A stretch of 64,000 nucleotides of DNA from a virus. The stretch spans positions 13,054-77,053 of the IMG/VR virus record IMGVR_UViG_3300037826_000057; one strand, written 5' to 3'. Every line of letters starts with the position of its first letter. Position 1 is the first letter of the stretch. Made by a program: the position numbers and the translations under genes. Under the pieces are notes generated by a model. The model was not told the DNA's origin, did no database searches, and saw nothing but the letters and a program-made list of their open reading frames with translations. Below, piece after piece: positions 1-9,341 of the stretch.

Positions 1-12
1 CTTGGTAGAAAT

Positions 13-669
13 GTGCATAATATGATTGAAGCAGAAGCTAATGGAGAGGATAATGTATTAAAAAAGTACAGGGATAAACTAGCTAGGCAATTGGACAACA
101 CAGATATAAAGTTTTATCGTGGGCAGTATATTGGTAAACTGCTTAAAACTTTAAATAAGTGTTATTATAATTATTTAGCAATTGATGAAAAACTTGCACC
201 TGTTATTGCTTCAGAGGAGCGTTTTTCAATACCTTATGATGATGGTGTAAAAGTTGTAGGTGTGTTTGACCAATTGCGTGAGGGCAATATAATTATGGAA
301 TGGAAGTCTTCACGCAAGAAACCAAAAGAGGTTTACTTGAAGGCTGATTTACAGGCAACAGTGTATACCTGGGCTTATATGCAGACACACAAACAAAAGC
401 CCAAGTTTTATTATGTGCATCTGAGGTCTGGTGGGGTGTATGAAGTAATAAGAGAAGATTTTTCATTAATGCATAGATTGTTTGAGGAGTATATAAGGGA
501 TTTTAGAAATAATGAATGGACAAAACAACGCAGCGCAAGAAAATGCCAATACTGTTGGTACAATGGGTACTGTTTTGAAGATGGCGAAGGTAGTGAATTG
601 CTCTTTTCAGCAGTGGGAAGCCCTAAAAAACGTAAATCTAAATCATCCATTGACTTCTTTTCGTATTGA
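13..669 (+). CDS. PD-(D/E)XK nuclease (Cas4/RecB-like exonuclease), probably starting before the window
   Basis: Motifs SEERF, VGVFDQL, IMEWKS, LQATVY and a C-terminal C-x2-C-x5-C (KCQYCWYNGYC). Confidence 0.8.
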   Translation: MHNMIEAEANGEDNVLKKYRDKLARQLDNTDIKFYRGQYIGKLLKTLNKCYYNYLAIDEKLAPVIASEERFSIPYDDGVKVVGVFDQLREGNIIMEWKSSRKKPKEVYLKADLQATVYTWAYMQTHKQKPKFYYVHLRSGGVYEVIREDFSLMHRLFEEYIRDFRNNEWTKQRSARKCQYCWYNGYCFEDGEGSELLFSAVGSPKKRKSKSSIDFFSY

Positions 670-853
670 TTTAGATATTGCTTTGGAGAAAGTAAATTTA
701 AATTCTGCACAGAGGTTAGCAGTTAAATTAGTTAAACAGGGAAAGGGTTTAGACTCAAAGAAAATGAATGAACATTATAAGACAGCTTGTATAGCTATAG
801 CTAAGTATTTGGGCGAAGATTATTTTTCTTATTTTAATGACAGAAATGTATGA
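512..853 (+). CDS. Hypothetical protein, possible sigma region 4-like HTH; true start probably downstream
   Basis: IDLDIALEKVNLNSAQRLAVKLVKQG pattern; ATGA overlap with the next ORF. Confidence 0.4.
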   Translation: MNGQNNAAQENANTVGTMGTVLKMAKVVNCSFQQWEALKNVNLNHPLTSFRIDLDIALEKVNLNSAQRLAVKLVKQGKGLDSKKMNEHYKTACIAIAKYLGEDYFSYFNDRNV

Positions 854-1032
854 AAATGTGTGAAATTTGTGGAAGCCCTAGTGAAGAGCGTATATGTGAT
901 TTGTGTTCTGAGCTTTTAGAGTCTGTGGACCAAAAAACTTTAAATGTATTTCTACATTCAATGCGTAAAAAGCGTAGGGATAGACCAAAGAAAGTAGAGA
1001 GGGAAATGGAAGATTATGAAGATTTTGCGTAG
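850..1032 (+). CDS. Small zinc-finger protein
   Basis: CEIC...CDLC; overlaps both neighbouring genes. Confidence 0.6.
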   Translation: MKMCEICGSPSEERICDLCSELLESVDQKTLNVFLHSMRKKRRDRPKKVEREMEDYEDFA

Positions 1033-2818
1033 AGAGTTTTATAATGTGTCACGCGGGGATGTTTTTTCAATTATTCCGCTTGGAGATGTGCATATAGGCA
1101 ATGCAGCTTGTGATGAAGAGTTGTTGGACGAAACTATTGCAGAAATTAAAAATAGACCAAACACTTATTGGGTTGGTCTCGGCGATTATTGCTTATCAGA
1201 AGATACTGAAATTTTAACTTCTGAGGGTTGGAAAGGTGTACGGCAAATGGTTGAATCTCCTTCTGAAGTTGTGGTATATGATAAGAATAAAAGAGAATGT
1301 AAATTAGAGAAAATTAATAAACTTTGGGTTAATCCAGTTAGAGATGAAACATTAGTGAATTTAAAAAGCGGTCACGTTGATGCTTTAGTTACTAAAAACC
1401 ATAAAATTCTAACTAATTATTATGATTATAAAGGCGGTTGGAACGCCTATGAAGATGTAAAGGCTAAAGAATTTTTAGATATAAATAGAGAATTTTCTTG
1501 GCGTGTTCCAGTAACGCCAGTCTCTTGGGTTGGTAAAAAGCCAGAAATTTCTATAGATTGGGTCAGGTTAAAGGCATGGATTGACACGGAAGGACATGAG
1601 GAGCAGCGAGGTAACTACTGTAGAATTGAAATATCTCAGTCAATAGAGGCTAACCCGAAATTAGTTGAGAGAATAGAAGCTCTTATTGAACGACTTAATT
1701 TAACTCCATATGAACATGTTAGGAATTGGGGAATTAAAACCTGGAGGTTTAATGCTAAAGACACCCAGAGAATTCATGAGCATATAGGGCGCAAAGGGGA
1801 GAGGCTTGATTGGTTAATGAATGCACCAGTTGAATACCTTGAAGTTTATTTTAACGTGCTTATGGATGGGGACGGAACGTGGTCAAGAAACACTTTCGCT
1901 CAGAAAGAAAAACCACTTGTGGATATTTTTCAAGAGCTTTGTTTCAAACTAGGATACAGGGCCAAGGTTTCTTTTAATGATAAAATGTGGAAATGTTACT
2001 TTGGTAAAAAGAGAGGTAAGCATTCTTTACTTAGAGAAACTAATAGAGTAAAATATACTGGAATTACCTGGTGTGTTAGCACTGATACTGGATATATAGT
2101 TACAAAGAGAAACAATAAGGTTACTATACTAGGAAATTGTGATTATATCCAATTAGGGGATTGGCGCAATGACCCGTCTATGCTAGCTGATTGGATAAGT
2201 ATAAATGATTTGAATGACATTTCACGTGCTGAAACAAATAGATTTATTCGCAAAGTTGAACCAATTGCTGATAAATGCTTGGCACTTGTACAGGGCAATC
2301 ATGAGGAATTAATTAAGCGTAAGTACGAGAGAGATATTTATTCGGAAATTGTTACAGGAGTTAAGCGCAAAGCTGGAATGCGCGGCGAAGATCACTTGGG
2401 TGTTGGATATTATGGTTGGTTAAGACTTGTGTTTTACAGTGATGACGGTAATCATACGCGCTCAGCTATTGATATGTGCTTGCACCACGGGTTTGTTGGT
2501 GGTAAGTTGTCTGGAGCTAAAGCCCTAAATATGGAGCGATATTTATGGACACATTCTGCTGATTTAATTCTAATGGGGCATTCACACAATACACTTTCAA
2601 TGAGGGCTACAGTAGAGGAGCTTGACCATATGGGCAATATACGCTATCATGTGCGTAGAGGTGCTTTCACTGGTACATTCCTTAGTACAACTAATGAAGG
2701 CGGCTCTTCGACTTACAGCGAGCGTGCTGGGCATTTGCCTACGCCAGTTGGAACAATTGAAGTTGTGTTGCGCCCAGGGCATTCTAATCCAAATAAACGC
2801 GTTAAAGTTATGACTTAA
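1016..2818 (+). CDS. Calcineurin-like metallophosphoesterase containing an intein
   Basis: Motifs GDVHIG, GLGD, QGNHE, HHG and MGHSH; intein splits GLGDY|CDYI. Confidence 0.88.
   Translation: MKILRREFYNVSRGDVFSIIPLGDVHIGNAACDEELLDETIAEIKNRPNTYWVGLGDYCLSEDTEILTSEGWKGVRQMVESPSEVVVYDKNKRECKLEKINKLWVNPVRDETLVNLKSGHVDALVTKNHKILTNYYDYKGGWNAYEDVKAKEFLDINREFSWRVPVTPVSWVGKKPEISIDWVRLKAWIDTEGHEEQRGNYCRIEISQSIEANPKLVERIEALIERLNLTPYEHVRNWGIKTWRFNAKDTQRIHEHIGRKGERLDWLMNAPVEYLEVYFNVLMDGDGTWSRNTFAQKEKPLVDIFQELCFKLGYRAKVSFNDKMWKCYFGKKRGKHSLLRETNRVKYTGITWCVSTDTGYIVTKRNNKVTILGNCDYIQLGDWRNDPSMLADWISINDLNDISRAETNRFIRKVEPIADKCLALVQGNHEELIKRKYERDIYSEIVTGVKRKAGMRGEDHLGVGYYGWLRLVFYSDDGNHTRSAIDMCLHHGFVGGKLSGAKALNMERYLWTHSADLILMGHSHNTLSMRATVEELDHMGNIRYHVRRGAFTGTFLSTTNEGGSSTYSERAGHLPTPVGTIEVVLRPGHSNPNKRVKVMT
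1190..2137 (+). mobile_element. Intein (316 aa) with LAGLIDADG endonuclease, in the phosphoesterase
   Basis: Starts CLSEDTEILT, block B VTKNHKI, endonuclease motifs AWIDTEGH and VLMDGDGT, ends TILGN with Cys at +1. Confidence 0.88.
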
Positions 2819-2833
2819 TATAAGGAGATAAGT

Positions 2834-3775
2834 ATGCATGTAAACAGGGTTCCAGTAGAGTATGTGATAAAAAGGAAGTTTGATCTAAAGGAAAGTGGAA
2901 CTAGGTATTTGCGCGGAATTAAACATGACAGTCTTGTTATTGATAAGAAGACAAATACTTTTCACTGGAATTCTATTGATTTACACGGAAACGCTCTAAC
3001 TTGGTTGACAAAAGTAGAAGGATATTCTGTGCGCCAAGCTCTTCAGGAACTTGAGGAGTATAGTGGAATTCCCTTTACAAAGACTTTTACAAAGTTAGAA
3101 GAACCAACACCTATTTACCAAAAATTATTAGATGCATTTTTTAAATTGGGTAAGTATAATAGAAAATATTGGTATAAAAGAGGTTATACTGATAGTACAA
3201 TAAATAAGTATAAGTTAGGATATACTGGGAAAGCGTATGTAATTCCAATTATAATTGATGGGAAACTGGATAATTTTCAATGTCGTTTAGCAGATAGTAA
3301 ACGCATGTGGAATTGGTCTAGTAGAAGCCCGTCGCTCTTTGGACTTGACCAGGTGGATAGTTCTTATGTATTTTTAACAGAGGGGCCTACAGATGCAATG
3401 GCTTTGACACAGTGTGGTCTACCAGCTATTAGCCATAATTCAGGAGCTGGTGCTTGGGATACTTCTTGGAATTCGCGTATTCTTGATTTTGATTTCATTT
3501 ATATTTTGTATGATAATGATAAAGCGGGTATACGTGGAAGCAAGAAAATTTCCAAGAAATTATTAAGTAGAGGTTATGTATTATTCTGGCCCAGCTTTTT
3601 CGCTAACGGTTATGATATAAATAAAGCTATGAATTCTATGGGCGAATCTAAAACAAAGGAGTTTATTCAAGAAGTTTTATTGGAATATGCAATACATTCT
3701 TCAGATATATCTAATCAAAGTTATGTAAGTGAAGTAAGAAAACAAATAGACAGGAAAGTAAGGAGACTATTGTAA
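2834..3775 (+). CDS. DNA primase (TOPRIM domain)
   Basis: KRGY, LTEGPTDAMAL, LYDNDKAG and YDIN motifs. Confidence 0.85.
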   Translation: MHVNRVPVEYVIKRKFDLKESGTRYLRGIKHDSLVIDKKTNTFHWNSIDLHGNALTWLTKVEGYSVRQALQELEEYSGIPFTKTFTKLEEPTPIYQKLLDAFFKLGKYNRKYWYKRGYTDSTINKYKLGYTGKAYVIPIIIDGKLDNFQCRLADSKRMWNWSSRSPSLFGLDQVDSSYVFLTEGPTDAMALTQCGLPAISHNSGAGAWDTSWNSRILDFDFIYILYDNDKAGIRGSKKISKKLLSRGYVLFWPSFFANGYDINKAMNSMGESKTKEFIQEVLLEYAIHSSDISNQSYVSEVRKQIDRKVRRLL

Positions 3776-3785
3776 GGAGATTATT

Positions 3786-4154
3786 ATGGAAAAACTAGTT
3801 GTTAATACACGCAAGCAAAATATTTTAGTGCAAGCGCCTGAAGAAGAGATTGAAGATTTAATGCGAGATTGGGCAGAAGCTTATAAACAGTATGCTCTTG
3901 CAGATACAGAGGAATTTTTGAGTATTTATCGTGCGCGTTTGGGTTTGACTAGTGATGCAGATCAGGAAGAAATAAACGCTGTTCTAGAACAGCGTTTTGG
4001 AGCGGATGGTGAAGCGATGCATAAGTTTATGTCAGAAGTTAAGGCTGAGTATGAGGATTATCGTTTAGAGGAACCGGATTGGGCAGAATGGTTTAATGAA
4101 CGCGGGTATAGTGCTGAACAGTTAGAGTATGCAGTTTCAGTGCGTGGAGCTTAA
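3786..4154 (+). CDS. Hypothetical acidic protein
   Basis: AAGGAG RBS; in the operon. Confidence 0.7.
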   Translation: MEKLVVNTRKQNILVQAPEEEIEDLMRDWAEAYKQYALADTEEFLSIYRARLGLTSDADQEEINAVLEQRFGADGEAMHKFMSEVKAEYEDYRLEEPDWAEWFNERGYSAEQLEYAVSVRGA

Positions 4155-4175
4155 GGATTTTATAAGGAGGTTATT

Positions 4176-4358
4176 ATGACTTTGAAGGAAGCTTTGGAGC
4201 ATGTTGAGGGTTTGGAAGTTGTGGAGACGGTTGTGGATGCGGATGGATTCGCTATTCTATTTGACGATGGTATTATTATTAATGTTGCTGATAATTCTAA
4301 AGTGACCCTGACCACGGGACGCGGTTGGGAAGAGCATTGGAACCAGCTAACTAGCTAG
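4176..4358 (+). CDS. Hypothetical protein
   Basis: AAGGAGG RBS. Confidence 0.65.
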   Translation: MTLKEALEHVEGLEVVETVVDADGFAILFDDGIIINVADNSKVTLTTGRGWEEHWNQLTS

Positions 4359-4368
4359 GGGATATATT

Positions 4369-4401
4369 GCTGGGAGGGGTTAATAGCTCCTCCCAGCTTT
4401 A
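4369..4401 (+). terminator. Probable intrinsic terminator
   Basis: GCTGGGAGG...CCTCCCAGC stem followed by TTTAT. Confidence 0.5.
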
Positions 4402-4403
4402 TT

Positions 4404-4598
4404 ATGCGTGTAGATATACAAGATAGGAGCGATACGGAGCGTAGAATAGCTGGAGCTTTACGCAATACTATTCATGACCACGGGCCTATAACTAAACGCT
4501 ATATAGGCTCGGCAGCCAAAAGAATTTATGGACAGTTGTTGTGTTTAGCTAAGGAACAAGAATGTAGCGAAAAAGGTGTTAAAAATGAAAAGCGTTAA
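4404..4598 (+). CDS. Hypothetical protein
   Basis: ORF in the operon, overlapping dUTPase. Confidence 0.6.
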   Translation: MRVDIQDRSDTERRIAGALRNTIHDHGPITKRYIGSAAKRIYGQLLCLAKEQECSEKGVKNEKR

Positions 4599-5034
4599 TA
4601 TGATTGCGGATAAGATTTTATTTCGTAAGAAAAGACCAGATGCAACTTTGCCCAGTAGAAAACACGAGCAAGATGCTGGGCTAGATTTACATTCAGTTGA
4701 AGAAGTCACATTAAAAAGTGGAGAAAGTAAAATTGTACATACTGGTATTGAATTAGCCAAATGTATGCCAGATTTGGTACTATTTATTTGGCCTAAGAGT
4801 GGAATGGATGCGAAATATGGTATTACTACTGGGGCCGGTGTCGTGGATTCAAATTATCGTGGAGAGATTTTAGTCTTATTAAGGAATGTAAGTGATTCAG
4901 ATTATATTATTTCTAAAGGTGAACAGGTTGCTCAATTAGTGCCAGTGTTACAGCCTAGCTTTGAGGCAGCCTGGGGCAAAGAAGTTTCTGCGAGTGAGCG
5001 CGGTGCTGATGGCGGTATAGCAAGGTCAGAATAA
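4576..5034 (+). CDS. dut: Trimeric dUTPase (start probably 4585 or 4600)
   Basis: DAGLDL, PKSG, GVVDSNYRGEI, QVAQLV and ERGADG motifs. Confidence 0.92.
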   Translation: MLKMKSVNMIADKILFRKKRPDATLPSRKHEQDAGLDLHSVEEVTLKSGESKIVHTGIELAKCMPDLVLFIWPKSGMDAKYGITTGAGVVDSNYRGEILVLLRNVSDSDYIISKGEQVAQLVPVLQPSFEAAWGKEVSASERGADGGIARSE

Positions 5035-5045
5035 AATTTTCAATT

Positions 5046-5753
5046 ATGAATGAAATTATTTGTGGAGATTGTTTGAAGTTATTACCTGGTATTCCAGATA
5101 GCTCTATAGATTTAATCCTCACAGACCCGCCCTATAATATAAGTAGGGAAAATAATTTTTCCAGTATGCAGCGTTATAATTCTTATACAGGAATTGATTT
5201 TGGCGAATGGGACTATGATTTTGACCAGGTTGGATGGATTCCATTAGCTGTGAGGAAGTTAAAATCCCCAGCTTCAATAGTTATTTGGAATAGTTGGCAG
5301 AACCTTGCAATGATTAGCGATGTGCTAGAAGATAATGCCGTATCTGTTAAGCGTGTATTAACTTGGAAGAAAAGTAATCCTATGCCAACTAATAGGGACA
5401 GGATGTTTGTAAGTTCTTTTGAGTTTGCTGTGTGGGGTACGAAAGGTACTGGTTGGACTTTTAATAGAAGGTTTGATAATTATGAAACTGGGTTCTTTGA
5501 ATACCCAAATAACAATTGCCCAGGGCACCCAACATCTAAACCAGTAGGCTTATTTAAGGAGATTGTAACTATACTTACAAACTCTGGAGACACTGTATTA
5601 GACCCATTTGTTGGTTCTGGTACTACTGGTATAGCTTGTGCTGAATTAGGCAGAAATTTTATTGGGGTAGATTTTGTGGAAGATTATTGTAATTTAGCTA
5701 AGGATAGAATAGTTGAAACAGCTAGAAATCCGAGATTATTTTATAGGGGTTAG
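5046..5753 (+). CDS. N6-adenine/N4-cytosine DNA methyltransferase (beta class)
   Basis: TDPPY, HPTSKP and LDPFVGSGTT. Confidence 0.92.
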   Translation: MNEIICGDCLKLLPGIPDSSIDLILTDPPYNISRENNFSSMQRYNSYTGIDFGEWDYDFDQVGWIPLAVRKLKSPASIVIWNSWQNLAMISDVLEDNAVSVKRVLTWKKSNPMPTNRDRMFVSSFEFAVWGTKGTGWTFNRRFDNYETGFFEYPNNNCPGHPTSKPVGLFKEIVTILTNSGDTVLDPFVGSGTTGIACAELGRNFIGVDFVEDYCNLAKDRIVETARNPRLFYRG

Positions 5754-5759
5754 TCCATA

Positions 5760-6476
5760 GTGCAGTATAAAATATATAACAATGATTGTCTAAAAGTATT
5801 GGATACATTAGAGGAGCAAAGCTTCGATTTAATAGTTGCTGATTATCCATTTAAATACTCTGATCATGAGTGGGATTATACTGGAGATAGTTTTAAAGAG
5901 TTTCTAAAACAGAGCTTAATAAAATTTAAACCTTTGTTAAAATCAAAAGCTTCTATGTTTCTAATGTTTGGTTTTGATACGGTAGCTTATGCAAAGGTTT
6001 TAGCTGATACTATAGGTTACAATTTAATTAACTGGATAATTTGGAAATTTGATACTGGTTATCATCCAACTACTAGATTCAAAAGTAGGAGTTATCATAT
6101 ACTTTGGTTAGGATTCTCAAAATGGAATTTTTACGGTGACAGGGTAAGGATTGCGCATAAGACAAATGACCCTAGAAACAATCCCAAAGGTGCTATTCCG
6201 TCAGATGTGTGGAATGATATTACAGAGGTAAAAAAGAATAGTGAAGAATATTGTGGGCACACAGGACAGAAACCTATTGAGTTAATGCAGAGATGTGTAT
6301 TAGCTACAACAAATCCAGGAGATTTGATACTAGACCCATTTATGGGTACAGGTACTACAGGTGTAGTCTGTGCTAAGTGGGATAGAGATTTTATTGGAAT
6401 CGACATTCAAGAAGAATTTTGCGAAGTTGCTGAAGAGCGCATTGAAAAAGTATTAATGCAGCCTAGACTATTATAG
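5760..6476 (+). CDS. Second beta-class DNA methyltransferase with variant catalytic motif (DYPF)
   Basis: ADYPF, PSDVW, HTGQKP and LDPFMGTGTT. Confidence 0.87.
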   Translation: MQYKIYNNDCLKVLDTLEEQSFDLIVADYPFKYSDHEWDYTGDSFKEFLKQSLIKFKPLLKSKASMFLMFGFDTVAYAKVLADTIGYNLINWIIWKFDTGYHPTTRFKSRSYHILWLGFSKWNFYGDRVRIAHKTNDPRNNPKGAIPSDVWNDITEVKKNSEEYCGHTGQKPIELMQRCVLATTNPGDLILDPFMGTGTTGVVCAKWDRDFIGIDIQEEFCEVAEERIEKVLMQPRLL

Positions 6477-6484
6477 GAGATATT

Positions 6485-6916
6485 ATGAAAATTAGATATT
6501 GTGATACAGAGGAGAATATTGAATTGCACGGCAATACATTTGATGTATATAGTGCAGAGCGTGTAGATGTGCGCCCAAATGAAACTATACAAGTTAGAAC
6601 TGACTATGAGTATTTAGCGTACAAGAAAGATCATGCAGTTTTTAAAAGTGCTATTAATAAGCAAGTTATGGATATGCATAGTGGTAGAGGATATTCTAAA
6701 CTTTTAATCCCGATTAAAAATAACACAGATAGCACAAAACATATTTATGAGGGTGATCATCTTGGAACTATTCGTTGGGCTAAGTCTATTGAGTTTACTA
6801 CAGAGGCCCAATTAGTTGAGCCAGATAGCATTGAACAAGATGAAGTTGAGCAGGATAACACTAAGCAGGATAATGTTGAGCAGGAAAAGGATAATGTTGA
6901 GCAAAACAGCGAATAA
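6485..6916 (+). CDS. Degenerate dUTPase-fold protein
   Basis: FDVYSAERVDVRPNETIQVRTD and IPIKNNTDSTKHIYEGDHLG follow the dUTPase scaffold; catalytic motifs absent. Confidence 0.55.
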   Translation: MKIRYCDTEENIELHGNTFDVYSAERVDVRPNETIQVRTDYEYLAYKKDHAVFKSAINKQVMDMHSGRGYSKLLIPIKNNTDSTKHIYEGDHLGTIRWAKSIEFTTEAQLVEPDSIEQDEVEQDNTKQDNVEQEKDNVEQNSE

Positions 6917-8603
6917 AATTTTAGAAAGGAAATATCTAAAAGAAGACGAAGATTTTGATGCGCTTTGTGCGCGTGTGGCTATGTGTGTATCTGAGGCTGA
7001 GGAAACTAAGGCAGAGCAAGATTATTTCTTTTCTAAGTTTTTTCAGTTAATGCGTAATAGATGGTTCATGCCAGCTGGACGTATTCTGGCAAACGCTGGG
7101 ACAGAAAATGGGAATTTATATAATTGTGGCGTATTAGGAATTGAGGATAGTAGGGAGAGTATTTTTGATACATTGAAGACTTCCGCTGAAGTTTTTGCGC
7201 ACGGTGGGGGCTTAGGGATTAATTTCAGTCCGTTAAGGGAATACGGCGCACCAGTATCTACAGGCGCATACGCTTCTGGCCCAGTATCTTTTATGCATAT
7301 GTTTGATAGAGCTGCTAGTGTTATGAGCCAGACCAGTCGCAGGGGTGGGTTTTTAGGGGTTTTAGAACCAGACCATCCTGATATTATAAAGTTTATTACT
7401 GCTAAGCAAGATGAAGAATCTTTACCACACTTTAATATTTCTGTGGGCATTACCGATGATTTTATGCAGGCAGTTAAAGAGGATAAAGAATGGAATCTAA
7501 TTTCAAGATATGATGGTTCTGTTGTGGAGACATTGCCAGCACGCAACCTATTTAATAAAATTGCAGAGTGTGCCTGGAATACTGGTGAGCCAGGGATTCT
7601 ATTCTTAGATAGAATCAACAGGGATAATTCTACCCCGCATTTGGGCGAGATAAAAAGTACGAATTTGTGTGGGGAAGAACCCCTCTACCCCTACGAAATG
7701 TGCGATTTAGGTAGTATCAATTTAGTAAAGATGTTAAGTGAGTCTGATGGTGAATTAGTGCTAGATGAAACCAAGCTAGTACACACTACTACTCTTGCAT
7801 TACGCTTTTTGGATAATGTACACGATGTTACATCACATATTTTGCCAGAAGTAAAAGAGGTATCTTTGTGCACACGCAAAACTGGCTTGGGAGTTATGGG
7901 ATTTGCTGATGTGTTAATGCAGCTGGAGATTCCCTATGATTCACAGGAAGCTAGAGACTTAGCCAGAATGATTTCAACTACTATAAAGAGTACGGCTTAT
8001 CAAACATCAGCTTTGTTAGCGGATATTAAATCTCCTTACCCCGCTTACGATGAAAATAAAAGTCAAAATATTTGGTATGAAAATCGCGCGGTTACACCAA
8101 CCAGAAATTCACAGATGATGTCATTGGCTCCAACGGGGAGTATAAGCTTGGCTAGCGAGGTAAATTCAGGTATCGAACCTTATTTTGCTTTGACGTATAC
8201 CAAGAATGTAACAGAAGGTGAGCACGAAACCAAATACGTGCTTAAAGAAACTAAAGCAATGCAGTATATAGAAGATTATCTTCGCAGGAATAATGTAGAT
8301 AATAGTGAGGAAATTCTTGAGAAGATTGCTGAGGCTGGTACAGCCAATGTGGAAGGTGCTCCAGAAGAATTATCCGAGATATTTAAGACTGCTCACGAAA
8401 TTAGTCCAGAAGACCACGTAAGAATGCAAGCAGCTTGGCAAAAAGATGTGGATGGGTCAATTAGTAAGACTATCAATATGCCTAATTCAGCCTCTATAAA
8501 GGATGTAGAAAGTGCCCTTATGTTGGCCTATGACCTTGATTTAAAGGGCCTTACAGTGTACAGAGATGCTTGTAGGAAGAAGCAGATTATGGAAAAGTCT
8601 TAG
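6894..8603 (+). CDS. nrdJ: Class II (adenosylcobalamin-dependent) ribonucleotide reductase
   Basis: MPAGRILANAG, NC, ASGPVSFM, RRGG, HPDIIKFI, FNISV, GEPG, TNLCGE, CDLGSINL, APTGSIS, SKTINMP and TVYRD; AAGGA RBS before the ATG at 6894. Confidence 0.9.
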   Translation: MLSKTANKILERKYLKEDEDFDALCARVAMCVSEAEETKAEQDYFFSKFFQLMRNRWFMPAGRILANAGTENGNLYNCGVLGIEDSRESIFDTLKTSAEVFAHGGGLGINFSPLREYGAPVSTGAYASGPVSFMHMFDRAASVMSQTSRRGGFLGVLEPDHPDIIKFITAKQDEESLPHFNISVGITDDFMQAVKEDKEWNLISRYDGSVVETLPARNLFNKIAECAWNTGEPGILFLDRINRDNSTPHLGEIKSTNLCGEEPLYPYEMCDLGSINLVKMLSESDGELVLDETKLVHTTTLALRFLDNVHDVTSHILPEVKEVSLCTRKTGLGVMGFADVLMQLEIPYDSQEARDLARMISTTIKSTAYQTSALLADIKSPYPAYDENKSQNIWYENRAVTPTRNSQMMSLAPTGSISLASEVNSGIEPYFALTYTKNVTEGEHETKYVLKETKAMQYIEDYLRRNNVDNSEEILEKIAEAGTANVEGAPEELSEIFKTAHEISPEDHVRMQAAWQKDVDGSISKTINMPNSASIKDVESALMLAYDLDLKGLTVYRDACRKKQIMEKS

Positions 8604-8633
8604 TTAATATCAAATTTAGAAATTTTTGGTAAA

Positions 8634-8682
8634 GAAAATCCCCGGTTACAGGTTTAGGTGGTGCCTGTAGTCGGGGATTTTC
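8634..8682 (+). terminator. Stem-loop terminator after nrdJ
   Basis: GAAAATCCCCGGTTACAGG...CCTGTAGTCGGGGATTTTC. Confidence 0.6.
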
Positions 8683-8793
8683 AGGTGGGTCTGAGGTATA
8701 TATGAGGTGGGGTTGAGGTTATGTGGAGTTTGCCTGAAAAAAATGAAAATCTGACCAAAGAATATAAGTAACGAACCTAAGAACACATAAAAA

Positions 8794-8824
8794 TAAAACC
8801 CTAACCGTAACGGTTAGGGTTTAG
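8794..8824. terminator. Bidirectional terminator between convergent blocks
   Basis: Inverted repeat TAAAACCCTAACCGT-A-ACGGTTAGGGTTTTA. Confidence 0.7.
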
Positions 8825-8829
8825 AGTGT

Positions 8830-8961
8830 TTATTGTTTTAACAATTCTAATTCTGTTGATATTAATATACCTGCTAGAAGAGCAATTGCTCTTCTGGTAT
8901 ATATTTTATGTAAGTTACCGTGATTTTTAGTTAGCGTTACACCTTCTATTTTCCCAAACAT
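8830..8961 (-). CDS. Small 43-aa hypothetical protein (not in the ORF track)
   Basis: G-rich RBS then MFGKIEGVTLTKNHGNLHKIYTRRAIALLAGILISTELELLKQ*, ending just before the terminator. Confidence 0.4.
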   Translation of the reverse strand: MFGKIEGVTLTKNHGNLHKIYTRRAIALLAGILISTELELLKQ

Positions 8962-9341
8962 TTATACCCCCCTTTAACTTGTTTAGTTAATTTTAATTTT
9001 TCGCAGCATATGGTTCCCTTTGACAAAGACCAGTATCTTGGTAAGTTTTTGATTATACCATTTTGTAATGAAAAGATGTGTAAAGGTGTCTTAGGTGGTG
9101 GTGAAATTTTTTCAGCCTGTGCTTCCCACAACTGAAGATATGCCGTATCGTAAGTACACCGATAATAATCTATTGCGTCTTGCAGGTTGGAAAATGCAAA
9201 AAGACCATATCCCTTTTCTTTTAACCATTCTGGTGGCTGTACCCATTCTCCAGGTTTGTATTGTACTTGAGCTGATATTTTGACTGTACTGGACATCAGG
9301 TACCAGTACAATAGAATGTGAAGAACTGCTATTTGTTGCAA
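8946..9341 (-). CDS. Hypothetical phage protein, 5' end uncertain
   Basis: VQYKPGEWV...GYGLFAFSNLQDA pattern; overlaps the 9112-9375 frame. Confidence 0.5.
   Translation of the reverse strand: MQQIAVLHILLYWYLMSSTVKISAQVQYKPGEWVQPPEWLKEKGYGLFAFSNLQDAIDYYRCTYDTAYLQLWEAQAEKISPPPKTPLHIFSLQNGIIKNLPRYWSLSKGTICCEKLKLTKQVKGGYKCLGK

Noticed and set aside
13-669. cas4 of a CRISPR-Cas system
   Set aside because: No other cas genes or array; stand-alone Cas4-like nucleases are common in phage replication modules.
6816-6893. N-terminal extension of NrdJ from the TTG at 6816
   Set aside because: It is the alternate frame of the upstream gene's repeat; the RBS and protein pattern fit a start at 6894.
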